64,000 bases of DNA from Longimicrobiales bacterium (GTDB lineage Bacteria; Gemmatimonadota; Gemmatimonadetes; Longimicrobiales; Gaopeijiaceae). The notes under the pieces were generated by a model. That model made no database searches. It saw only the letters and a program-made list of their open reading frames with translations, and was not told where the DNA came from. Positions within the stretch are counted from its first letter, which is position 1. Every line of letters starts with the position of its first letter. A program made the position numbers and the translations under genes. The stretch is taken from assembly GCA_965116905.1 (NCBI GenBank), contig OZ220732.1:4096001-4160000 (forward strand), read 5' to 3'. Positions 9,794-18,946 of this stretch are shown here, one piece after another.

Positions 9794-10678
9794 TCAGTTG
9801 ACGGTCCGGGCGACGCGGAACCCCAACGCGAAGTTTCGGAAGTCTGCCGCCGATCCACGACGGTAGGCCGAACGCAGTTCGGTCGGATCGTGTAGCCATG
9901 AACCGCCACGCGTGATACGACGAGTACAATCTCCTCTGTACCACGAACTGCCGTCTGTCGGAGCACCCTCATAACTCCCGTTGGCGCAGTCATCGACCCA
10001 CTCCCGCACGTTGCCCAGGATATCGAAAACTCCAAACCCGTTAGGCCGGTAAGAACCTACAGGTGCGGAGTTTGGCTGCCGGTCACGACAACCAACCATG
10101 TCCCTGCCGAAACCGTGCTCGGCGTGTCCATTGGCATCGTATCCGTTGGCAAATTGACACTGCTCCCGATCCGTTTCTCCCCAGTATCGTGCCGTGCGAG
10201 TCCCCGCCCGCGCCACGTATTCCCACTCCGCCTCGCTTAGTAGCCGGTACTCCTCTCCCGTTTGTTCCGACAACCAGTCGGCATACAGCCACGCATCCTC
10301 CCAATTCACCCACACCACGGGCCGTCTACCTCTGCCCCAGCCCTGGTCATGCGGTTCGCGTCCGCCGCAGCCACCCCCTCGAACACACGCATCCCATTCG
10401 TCAAATGTGACTTCGTAGACTCCCACGGCGAACGCATAGTCGATAGTGACTTCGTGTTGCGGCCCTTCGTCGAAGTCGCGTCCTTCCTCCGTTTCCGGCG
10501 AGCCCATTGTGAAGGTGCCCGCCGGCACCACAATCATTCCCGGGCACACGTCGCAGTCGCGGAAGACCTCACCGACTTCCTGCGCCCCGGCAGGGGCGGC
10601 GAAGAGTACCAATGCGGCCAGTGCCACGACGCGGGTATTTACCGCAGGCTCCTGGCAACGCCTGAAGTCGGCGATCAT
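9794..10678 (-). CDS. Secreted FGE/SUMF1-family (CLec-fold) protein A
   Basis: Signal peptide AGA-Q; FRDCDVCP, YEVTFDEW, RLLSEAEWEY, NGFGVFDILGNVREW, RGGSW, GFRVARTVN. Confidence 0.9.
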   Translation of the reverse strand: MIADFRRCQEPAVNTRVVALAALVLFAAPAGAQEVGEVFRDCDVCPGMIVVPAGTFTMGSPETEEGRDFDEGPQHEVTIDYAFAVGVYEVTFDEWDACVRGGGCGGREPHDQGWGRGRRPVVWVNWEDAWLYADWLSEQTGEEYRLLSEAEWEYVARAGTRTARYWGETDREQCQFANGYDANGHAEHGFGRDMVGCRDRQPNSAPVGSYRPNGFGVFDILGNVREWVDDCANGSYEGAPTDGSSWYRGDCTRRITRGGSWLHDPTELRSAYRRGSAADFRNFALGFRVARTVN

Positions 10679-11490
10679 CGGACGCTCCGTGCAACACGGA
10701 AGCCGTAGTACTGGTGCCCTATAGTCGGATACCAGTTGCCACGGTGAGCCGAACGGAGTTTCGCCGGATCGTTGGCCGCGGATCCGCCCCGCAACACTCG
10801 ATAGGAGCAGTCGGATTCGGGTGGCGCAGCACTCCCGTCGTTCGGGGCATTCGAATAGCTGTCGTGCCAGCAGTCCTCAACCCACTCCCACACGTTGCCG
10901 AGCATGTCGTACAACCCAAAGGCGTTCGGGCGGAGTGACCCTACCGGCGCGGTATTCGCGTAGCCACCCGAACACGAAACGTCATCGTCATTCCCGTTCG
11001 CATGCGTGCACTGCTCCGCTTCACTGTCCCCCCAGTAGCGAGCGGTCTGCGTCCCCGCACGCGCCACATACTCCCACTCCGCCTCGGTCAACAGCCGATA
11101 CTCCTGGCGAGTCGCTCCAGAGAGCCAAGTCACGTATGCCTGAGCATCGTCCCAGCTCACATTGACGACCGGACGGTTCGCACGGCCCCACCCTTCATCC
11201 TCGGGAATCGCACCACCACAGCCCCCGTCCCACGCGCATGCATCCCACTCCTCGAACGTTATCTCGTAGACTCCCACCGCGAACGACTCGATCGACACGA
11301 CCCGGCGAGGACCCTCGTCGTCGCCCCTATCTTCCTCCATCTCCGGCGAGCCCATGATGAATCGGCCCGCGGGCACCACGACCATTCGCGGGCACACTTC
11401 GCAGTCCTGAAAAACCTCGTTGACTTCCTGCGCTTCCGCAGGGACAACCAGGAGTGCCAAAGAGGCTTGGGCCAAAATGCGAGCGATCAT
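10675..11490 (-). CDS. Secreted FGE/SUMF1-family protein B
   Basis: Signal peptide AEA-Q; same motifs as A; ends GFRVARSVR with ATGA overlap to gene A. Confidence 0.9.
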   Translation of the reverse strand: MIARILAQASLALLVVPAEAQEVNEVFQDCEVCPRMVVVPAGRFIMGSPEMEEDRGDDEGPRRVVSIESFAVGVYEITFEEWDACAWDGGCGGAIPEDEGWGRANRPVVNVSWDDAQAYVTWLSGATRQEYRLLTEAEWEYVARAGTQTARYWGDSEAEQCTHANGNDDDVSCSGGYANTAPVGSLRPNAFGLYDMLGNVWEWVEDCWHDSYSNAPNDGSAAPPESDCSYRVLRGGSAANDPAKLRSAHRGNWYPTIGHQYYGFRVARSVR

Positions 11491-11630
11491 CGGGAGTTCT
11501 TGGCAACGCGAAAACCCTGATCGCCGTTTTGGAAATCGCCTGGGTAGTCATAGCGTTCCGCTGAGCGGACTTCATTCGGAGCGTGGCGCCACTTGCTGCC
11601 ACGCCTAACGCGACGTGCGCAGTCTCCCAT
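11487..11630 (-). pseudogene. Orphan FGE C-terminal fragment C
   Basis: Manual translation MGDCARRVRRGSKWRHAPNEVRSAERYDYPGDFQNGDQGFRVAKNSR*; the stop overlaps the ATG of gene B. Confidence 0.75.
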
Positions 11631-11659
11631 GTAGCGGCCCATGCTGGTGTGGTGAGAGG

Positions 11660-14152
11660 CTATGTTGCCCTCCGGCGGTTCACGAGATGCGACACCACTC
11701 CGACCATAGCCGCTATCAACAAGGCCGCAAAGAGATGGTCAACAAACCATTTCCAGAACCGCGCCCACCAACTCATCATGTCTGAGCAGAGATTGCGCCG
11801 GATCTCTTTCCGAACCTTCGTTTCATCTGTCGCGCCCTGGCCGTGAATCACTAGTGCCGAGATCACAGTTTCTTCACGCTCCGGCCGCACATGATACGGC
11901 CGACAACCATTGTTGTCTTCTGCCTTCGACGCGCCCCCATCCAGACGCAAGAGCGTCAGGATCACGTCTTCGTCGCTCACCTTCATCGCGTGATGCAAGG
12001 GGATCCTTCCGGACAAATCTTCTTCCCTACTATCGAACCCTAGCTCGGTGCAAATCTTCACGGAAGTGGATGTAGCCTGCTTGAAGAATGCTTCGCTCGT
12101 CCACATTGGCACTGTCGTGCAGCGAAACCTAGCGCGCAGGGAAGCGCTCAGACTATCGTTGCCAGTCAAAGGTCCTTCACCATTTCCATTCTCAAATCTC
12201 AGCGAAGCGCCGGCTTCGACCAGAGCTTGAACCATATTCAAATGGCCGGCACGGAATGCAATGTGCAGAGGCGTGTCACCATCGGCATTGGTGGCATCGA
12301 CTGATACGTCGGTCTTCAGAAGGGAGCGGAGAGAGGCAAGGTTCCCTTCTTGAGCTGCTTCATGCAACGGATGCCGGGAAGATGCCCGACGAACTATGAT
12401 TCGGTAAGACCCGATGGCCTCTGTTGATGCCGAGTTGGCTAAGACAGTGTAGGACCCCGCTTCGGGCGCCCTGAAGGCAACCCTTGCATCCAGTCCACCC
12501 CCTCCGTCATCGTCGGACGCGATGGGTGTCCCGTTTCTCAGAACTACGAGGAAGGGATCGAAGTCAGACGATGTCATCTCTACTACTATGCTGTCGCCTT
12601 CCAAAGCGTTGTAGATCCAAGTGTCATATGGGGTTCCGTCAAGAGAGAGTTGCGCGTCACTTGGCGTCAGTTCACCCACTCCTGCACCGTCTGCTCGGAG
12701 CTCCGTCGGGAACCTGAGAGAAAGCACATAGTCACCTGTTTCCTCAGGATCTGCACTCGTCGCAGTGACCGTATAGCTGCCTGGTAACAGCGCGACTTGT
12801 AGCCAAGAATTCAAGGTCAGGCCTGGCCCCCCATCGTCGTCACTTGCGATTTCCACCGTGCTTCCCCGCAGACCCCGGGACAGTACCAGGTACGAGTCGA
12901 TCTCCTCGGAAGTCATCTCGATGATTACCATTCCGGAGTCGGCAATCTCGAACACCCATTCATCGAAATAGGAGCCGCGTGGCATGCGCGGGTCGTCAGC
13001 ACTCAAAGATCCACTATTGGGTTCGACGGGGCGAAGAGTGGACGGCGTTGATGACTCTACCGACCCGTCGCCATGTTGAACCGTCACTGTGATTCCATAA
13101 GACCCAGCGGCTTCTGTTGATACCGCGTTGGCCAAGATAGTGTAGGATCCCACTACAGGCGCCCTGAAGGCAACCCTTGCATCCAGTCCACCCCCTCCGT
13201 CATCGTCGGACGCGATGGGTGTCCCGTTTCTCAGAACTACGAGGAAGGGATCGAAGTCAGACGATGTCATCTCTACTACCATGCTGTCGCCTTCCAAAGC
13301 GTTGTAGATCCAAGTGTCATATGGGGTTCCGTCAAGAGAGAGTTGCGCGTCACTTGGCGTCAGTTCACCCACTCCTGCACCGTCTGCTCGGAGCTCCGTC
13401 GGGAACCTGAGAGAAAGCACATAGTCACCTGTTTCCTCAGGATCTGCACTCGTCGCAGTGACCGTATAGCTGCCTGGTAACAGCGCGACTTGTAGCCAAG
13501 AATTCAAGGTCAGGCCTGGCCCCCCATCGTCGTCACTTGCGATTTCCACCGTGCTTCCCCGCAGACCCCGGGACAGTACCAGGTACGAGTCGATCTCCTC
13601 GGAAGTCATCTCGATGATTACCATTCCGGAGTCGGCAATCTCGAACACCCATTCATCGAAATAGGAGCCGCGTGGCATGCGCGGGTCGTCAGCACTCAAA
13701 GATCCACTATTGGGTTCGACGGGGCGAATCTCGGACTGCGCAGCAACAGACGGTGAGCCGAGGGAGCTTGCCGAGGTCAGGACGATTGCCCACAGGAACT
13801 GCCACTGAAGTGAGCAACAGCTCAGGTGTGGTGGCAGGATGAGGCTCTTGTAACACGATCCAAATCGCTGTTCGCGGATTTTCTTCACCAACCGATCCCT
13901 TCGGCCCAACAAGGAGGATTCCCTGTCCCTTCCATCCATAGTATGGCTCACTCGGTTGCGCACAGTATCGCTCGCTCGGTCGAGCATCAGTTTCACGAAA
14001 GGCTTCGAATTGCGAGCCTGTGGTCGCCGTCGTTCTAAGTTCCATGGCATACGCCGGTCAAGTTGGGGGGCTCTACCCGAGCGCACAACCGTGTCGTTGC
14101 GGCCGTCTTCGTGCAAGTCTTTCCCGATGGTGTTTCGCTGGCCGTTGTTCAT
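11660..14152 (-). CDS. Protein with 4 PPC (pre-peptidase C-terminal)-like domains, ankyrin repeats and a C-terminal TM helix
   Basis: Four ASDDDGG-containing PPC-like units; ankyrin motifs HPLHEAA, GDTPLHIA, GRIPLHHA; hydrophobic C-terminus. ATG 14152 has RBS GAAGAGGG; the true start could be nearer the hydrophobic segment before AAQ. Visibly lower GC than the flanks. Confidence 0.7.
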   Translation of the reverse strand: MNNGQRNTIGKDLHEDGRNDTVVRSGRAPQLDRRMPWNLERRRPQARNSKPFVKLMLDRASDTVRNRVSHTMDGRDRESSLLGRRDRLVKKIREQRFGSCYKSLILPPHLSCCSLQWQFLWAIVLTSASSLGSPSVAAQSEIRPVEPNSGSLSADDPRMPRGSYFDEWVFEIADSGMVIIEMTSEEIDSYLVLSRGLRGSTVEIASDDDGGPGLTLNSWLQVALLPGSYTVTATSADPEETGDYVLSLRFPTELRADGAGVGELTPSDAQLSLDGTPYDTWIYNALEGDSMVVEMTSSDFDPFLVVLRNGTPIASDDDGGGGLDARVAFRAPVVGSYTILANAVSTEAAGSYGITVTVQHGDGSVESSTPSTLRPVEPNSGSLSADDPRMPRGSYFDEWVFEIADSGMVIIEMTSEEIDSYLVLSRGLRGSTVEIASDDDGGPGLTLNSWLQVALLPGSYTVTATSADPEETGDYVLSLRFPTELRADGAGVGELTPSDAQLSLDGTPYDTWIYNALEGDSIVVEMTSSDFDPFLVVLRNGTPIASDDDGGGGLDARVAFRAPEAGSYTVLANSASTEAIGSYRIIVRRASSRHPLHEAAQEGNLASLRSLLKTDVSVDATNADGDTPLHIAFRAGHLNMVQALVEAGASLRFENGNGEGPLTGNDSLSASLRARFRCTTVPMWTSEAFFKQATSTSVKICTELGFDSREEDLSGRIPLHHAMKVSDEDVILTLLRLDGGASKAEDNNGCRPYHVRPEREETVISALVIHGQGATDETKVRKEIRRNLCSDMMSWWARFWKWFVDHLFAALLIAAMVGVVSHLVNRRRAT
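12465..13728. repeat. Intragenic direct repeat, period 693 bp (12465-13035 vs 13158-13728)
   Basis: Direct comparison shows near identity, with one substitution noticed (Ile/Met codon); the adjacent ~55 bp are clearly diverged. Confidence 0.95.
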
Positions 14153-14394
14153 AGTACCCTCTTCACCGTAGTGGAACGTTGACAAAAGATGGTTGGGCTG
14201 GTCTTCTGACTCACGACACTGTGGAGTACCCAGGGGCTCCACGCCTCCAGCCGACGCTCTTCGATGCATCGCCGAAACCGCAGAATGTCGCCCCAGCCGT
14301 CACGGCCGATCAAGCGATCTTGGGCAGCTACCGAACGCGCGACGGCCAAGGCCGTCCCCGCCAAGGCAGCCAGCACTTCGGCGCGCGCAGTCAT
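14149..14394 (-). pseudogene. Probable truncated secreted ankyrin-type gene
   Basis: MTARAEVLAALAGTALAVARSVAAQ signal-like start, then RRCIEE...WVLHSVVSQKTSPTI resembling AECLEA...ILRHAAEWTRSPAV of the ankyrin protein at 18943. ATGA overlaps at both ends. Confidence 0.45.
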
Positions 14395-15251
14395 CGTACG
14401 CCCCGGGCAACACGAAACCCGATCCGAGGATGCTTCTCGCGCAATGGCCAAGTGCGAACAGCCGAGCGGAGTCTCCCCGGCGCATTGCCCCAGGAGCCGC
14501 CGCGAATCACACGACTAGAGCACTCGCCGGACTCGGATTCCCTGACGCTCCCGTCGTTCGGGGCGGCCGCATAGTCCTCTATCCAACAGTCCGCCGTCCA
14601 TTCCCAGACGTTGCCCAGGACGTCATGCAGCCCGAACCCGTTCGGTTGAAACGATCCCACCGGCGCCGCGTTCTCGTAGCCATCCGAGCACGAGAGGTCC
14701 TCGTCGTTCCCGTTGGCATATCGGCACTGATCCGCTTCACTGTCTCCCCAGTACCGGGCGGACTCGGTTCCCGCACGCGCCACGTACTCCCACTCCGCTT
14801 CCGACAAGAGGCGGTACTCGCGTCCGGTCGCTGCGGAGAGCCATGCGACGTACGCCATGGCGTCTTCCCAGTCCACGTTGATCACCGGACGGTTGGCCCG
14901 CCCCCACCCTTCGTCCTCGGGAATCGCGCCGCCACACCCCCCGGCCCACGCGCAGGCGTCCCATTCCTCGAAGGTCACCTCGTACACTCCGACCGCAAAC
15001 GACTCGATCGACACGACCCGACGAGGTCCTTCCATGTCATACAACCGGCCCTCCTCCGTCTCCGGCGAGCCCATGATGAAGCGGCCCGTCGGCACCACAA
15101 TCATCTCGGGGCAGTCGTCGCAGTCCCCGAACACCTCGCCGACCTGCTGGGCCACGGCCGATACGCCAGGAACCACCGCGCCGATCACCCACGGAAGGAA
15201 CCCGGCCGCTACCCCACACCCGAATCCGCAGAATCGCCAAGCCACCTTCAT
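14391..15251 (-). CDS. Secreted FGE/SUMF1-family protein D
   Basis: Signal AVA-Q; FGDCDDCPEM, RLLSEAEWEY, LGNVWEW, RGGSW, GFRVARGVR; most similar to protein B. Confidence 0.9.
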   Translation of the reverse strand: MKVAWRFCGFGCGVAAGFLPWVIGAVVPGVSAVAQQVGEVFGDCDDCPEMIVVPTGRFIMGSPETEEGRLYDMEGPRRVVSIESFAVGVYEVTFEEWDACAWAGGCGGAIPEDEGWGRANRPVINVDWEDAMAYVAWLSAATGREYRLLSEAEWEYVARAGTESARYWGDSEADQCRYANGNDEDLSCSDGYENAAPVGSFQPNGFGLHDVLGNVWEWTADCWIEDYAAAPNDGSVRESESGECSSRVIRGGSWGNAPGRLRSAVRTWPLREKHPRIGFRVARGVR

Positions 15252-15445
15252 GTACATCTCCATCTCGTCGGTATTGTATAGTCCTGACCACTCCGCGCCG
15301 CCACACCGACAAGGGCCGCTATCGCCGCACGGGTTGGTGACTCTGCCCCGGCGTTCAAGACCATAGGCGGCAATCATGGGAACCCAATTCGATGCCGCGC
15401 AAGCGCTTTCCTACACCGTCAACCGGCGCCGGATTGCTGACGTGT

Positions 15446-15536
15446 GATCGCCCGGCGGCCTGGATGACTGGAATATTGGTCGCATAAGTCACTTGTGCAT
15501 ATTATTGTCAGCATTGGGGGCCCGAACTTGGGTCAC
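15446..15536. promoter_or_regulatory. Conserved AT-rich upstream element, copy 1
   Basis: Aligns with 19916-20005; exact core ACTTGTGCATATTAT at 15491-15505; lies upstream of the FGE operon. Confidence 0.65.
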
Positions 15537-15628
15537 GAGCGCCCAGATCGCGGATATCTCCACCCGTTGAGCGCAAAACCCACAAGTCCCCCCCGATACA
15601 ACGAAGCGCCTCCAATTGAGCGAGGCCC

Positions 15629-16302
15629 GGATCGTCCGCGAGGCCGACGACCGCCAGCAGCCCACCGCCTACCCGGACTATCCGCACCCCGAGGCCGAGG
15701 GCGTCCCCCTGCATCCCACGGGCGACGGCAACTGGACCGGCACCCTCTCGCTCAACGCCGGCGACGCGGACGGTACCGGCGGCATTATGGACAATTTTGC
15801 TTTTGAGGGCGGCCAACTCGCCGCGGCGGAATGGTCGAACCACCGGCTTCTATATGCGACACCGTCGCTCCAGCAGGATGTTCACCTCTCGGGCGTGGCC
15901 ACGGTGCGCGTGCGCGTGGCCTCCGATGCAGCCGCGGCGAATCTGACCGTCTGGCTCGTCTCGCTCCCCTGGACCGACGGCGACGACATCAACGACAACG
16001 TCATCACCAAGGGCTGGGCGGATCCGGCCAACGCGGGTGCAGCGGACATCGCGGCTCCGCGGTCGGGCACCGACCTCACGCCCGGCGAGTTCGTCGAACT
16101 GGAGTTCCCGCTGCAACCGGACGACCAGGTGATCCCGGCGGGGGCGCGGATCGGGCTGATGGTGTTCTCGAGCGACAAGTACTTCACGGTGCACCCGGAG
16201 CCGGGGACGGAGCTGACGGTCGATTTGCGGGGGACGAGCGTGGAGTTGCCGGTGGTGGGGGGCGTGGAGGTGTTGAGGAGGGCGTTTAGGCCAGTGAGTT
16301 GA
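15629..16302 (+). pseudogene. Duplicated 3' third of the Xaa-Pro dipeptidyl-peptidase gene
   Basis: Colinear with 3995-4668 (offset 11634) and near-identical; lacks the catalytic Ser region. Confidence 0.9.
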
Positions 16303-16315
16303 GGGGGGAGGCAGA

Positions 16316-17447
16316 ATGACCACGTTGATCCGGCGGGCGGGCTTCCTCGGCACACGGTTTCGCCTGTCCCTGCTCGTCGTGACAGCGGCGTGCACCGATG
16401 GCCCGGATCAGGCATCCGGTCCGGGCGCCACAACGGTCCGAGACAGCGCGGGGATCCGGATCGTGACCAGTGAGGGGCCACGATGGGGCGCCGGTGAAGG
16501 GTGGACGGTCATCCCCGAGCCGGATCTGGTCATCGGTGACGAAGACCCGATGGGCGGCGGAACGGACACCCTCTTCGGATCGATTCGGGCCATGGTGGTG
16601 CTGCCGAGCGGACGCTTTGCGGTAGCGGACGAACACTCGGCTGTCATATCCGTGTTCGACCCCCATGGGCAGCTCGTCCACCGCTTTGGGGGCCATGGAG
16701 AAGGGCCCGGAGAAGTTGGCGGCGTCTGGGATCTGTACGGCTGCGCCGGGGACACGGTCATCGTGCGCTTTCGCACCGAGCTGAGCTTCTTCGACGGCGA
16801 CGGCCAGTTCATCCGCCGCATCAACTGCGCGGGTGCGGGCACGACCTGGGCGCTCGCGGCGATAGCGCCCGACTGCAGGCGCTTCGTGGCTTCGCACAGT
16901 ACCGGCGGATCGGCCCCGCCGGCAGGTCAGGAGTGGTTGCTGCCCAGCGTGCTCGTGTACACTGACGATGACTTCGTGGCCACCGACACCATCGCCCGGG
17001 AGGTGACAGGCGAGGGGTTCACGGGTTCACTGCGAGGAGAGGATGTCTTTGTGGCGCTACCCTAGACTCCGGTCGACGCCAACGTGGAACTCAGGGGCGA
17101 CCAGCTGGTTGCGGGATTCGGGCGGTGGGCGGAGTTCCGGATCCGTTCCCTTGGCGGGCACCTCGTGCAGCTGATCCGCTGGCACGCCACTCCCGAAGAG
17201 GTCACGGACGCCGACCGCGACCGCTACATGGACAAGCGCGACGAGTCCGCCTCGCGACCCTGCCCCGCCCGAGACCTGGACGGTCCTCGATTCAGCGGGT
17301 GTCTGGCTGGGGCCCGTGCACCTGCCCGACGGATTCGCCGTCCACGAGGTGGCGAACGGGCGGGTGTACGGCGTTCACACCGCGCCGCTCGGAGCCCAGA
17401 CCGTCAGGGTTCATCGGCTTGTGGACCCCCATTCGGCCAGCGGCTGA
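16316..17447 (+). pseudogene. Disrupted paralogue of the beta-propeller lipoprotein at 5066-6355
   Basis: TGG to TAG at 17063-17065, and an ~173-bp frameshifting deletion corresponding to 5994-6166. Confidence 0.9.
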
Positions 17448-17461
17448 GTTTCTTGCCAGGC

Positions 17462-18034
17462 TCAGGATGCCGGGGGTAGCTGGCCCGCCGCGCGCGGTTC
17501 GTTGAGCCTTTGTTCAAAATCCGCTATGCGTCGGTAGTTGGGGCGTGTCTGATCCTGTATCAGGCCCTTGAGGTACTCATCTTCGAACGGAAGCATGGTA
17601 GCAAGGTGACCGGCGACCATATTATTGGTAGCGGGTGGAAGCAGGTCACGGAAGTACAGGTCGCAGGCCGCTGCCGTGACGTCCGACAGCCTCTTCGCAC
17701 TGGTATGGAATTTGAATTTCCTACCCATGTCAGCCTTTTGCTCTTTTTGCTCTTGCAAGTAGCCGCGGTGCGCTTGGTCAAGCCTGTCAGCCAGCCGAAG
17801 GTATGTGTCTACATCCGTTGAACTGGTGTGTTGCTCCAGGGCTGCGAAACTGACCATCACCGCGAGCAACACAGCTATGTGCGCCAACGCCTGGAGGAGA
17901 TCCAGCATGTCGGGGCGCGCCACGCGCACTCCAAGGAGCGGTAACTGCGGCCAGATAGCCGCCACCAATCCCAACACCGCAACAACCAGTGCCACCAAGA
18001 GTATTACGGCAGCCGTCTTTGCAAATCGGGTCAT
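17462..18034 (-). CDS. Hypothetical membrane protein (2 N-terminal TM helices plus helical domain)
   Basis: Strong RBS GGAGG; two hydrophobic segments; lower GC. Confidence 0.6.
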   Translation of the reverse strand: MTRFAKTAAVILLVALVVAVLGLVAAIWPQLPLLGVRVARPDMLDLLQALAHIAVLLAVMVSFAALEQHTSSTDVDTYLRLADRLDQAHRGYLQEQKEQKADMGRKFKFHTSAKRLSDVTAAACDLYFRDLLPPATNNMVAGHLATMLPFEDEYLKGLIQDQTRPNYRRIADFEQRLNEPRAAGQLPPAS

Positions 18035-18103
18035 GTTGGATACCCTCCTACGTTACCAGGTGTAACCGTGAGCGGCGTGTCGCCGTCTTGATCTCGCGGG
18101 CAG

Positions 18104-18946
18104 TCATCGGACGCTCCGGGCGACCCGGAATCCGAAGTGGGGACTCCGGTTACTGGCGTCGCCCCTGAGCCGGCGGGCCGAACGGAGGTCGTTCGGACCG
18201 TCGTAGAACCCACCACCCCGCACCACACGGTAGTCACAATCGCCGGCGTACGATGAAAGTCCATTGGTGGGAGCATCGTCGTAGCTGCCATAGCAGTCAT
18301 CCACCCATTCCCACACGTTCCCCAGGGCATCGTAGAGCCCGAACCCATTCGGTCGGTAAGTGCCTACTGGTGCCGGACCCTCCTGCCTGTCCCGGCAGCC
18401 GACGCTGCTGTCGCCGTTGGCATACTCGCACTGCTCGCGCGTCCCATCCCCCCAGTACCGCGCCGTCTGAGTCCCGGCCCGCGCCACGTACTCCCACTCC
18501 GCCTCGCTCAGCAGCCGGTACTCCTCCCCGGTTCGTTGGGTGAGCCAATCCGCGTACTGCCACGCATCCTCCCAATGCACTTCGGACACAGGACGCCTGC
18601 CGCGGTCGGTCAAAACAATCGGCTCGTAACCACCGCATCCGCCCCCCTGCACACATGCGTCCCACTCATCGAACGTGACTTCATACACGCCCACGGCGAA
18701 CGAATAGCCAATGGTGACTCGCCGCTGAGGCCCTTCGCGATCCCGCCGCCCTTCCTCCGTCTCCGGCGAACCCATGATGAAGCTCCCCGCTGGTACCACG
18801 ACCACCTCAGGGCACATGTCGCAGTCCCGGAATACCTCGCCCACTTCCTGGCCCGCAGCTGACCGTGTCGGCATCAAGCACCCAATCACCGTCAGCGCGA
18901 ACAATCCTGCCAGTCCTCCCCACCGGGGCGTTCGCAATCGGCTCAT
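18104..18946 (-). CDS. Secreted FGE/SUMF1-family protein E
   Basis: ATGA-coupled to the ankyrin gene; AAG-Q signal; FRDCDMCPE, RLLSEAEWEY, GFRVARSVR; most similar to protein A. Confidence 0.9.
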   Translation of the reverse strand: MSRLRTPRWGGLAGLFALTVIGCLMPTRSAAGQEVGEVFRDCDMCPEVVVVPAGSFIMGSPETEEGRRDREGPQRRVTIGYSFAVGVYEVTFDEWDACVQGGGCGGYEPIVLTDRGRRPVSEVHWEDAWQYADWLTQRTGEEYRLLSEAEWEYVARAGTQTARYWGDGTREQCEYANGDSSVGCRDRQEGPAPVGTYRPNGFGLYDALGNVWEWVDDCYGSYDDAPTNGLSSYAGDCDYRVVRGGGFYDGPNDLRSARRLRGDASNRSPHFGFRVARSVR

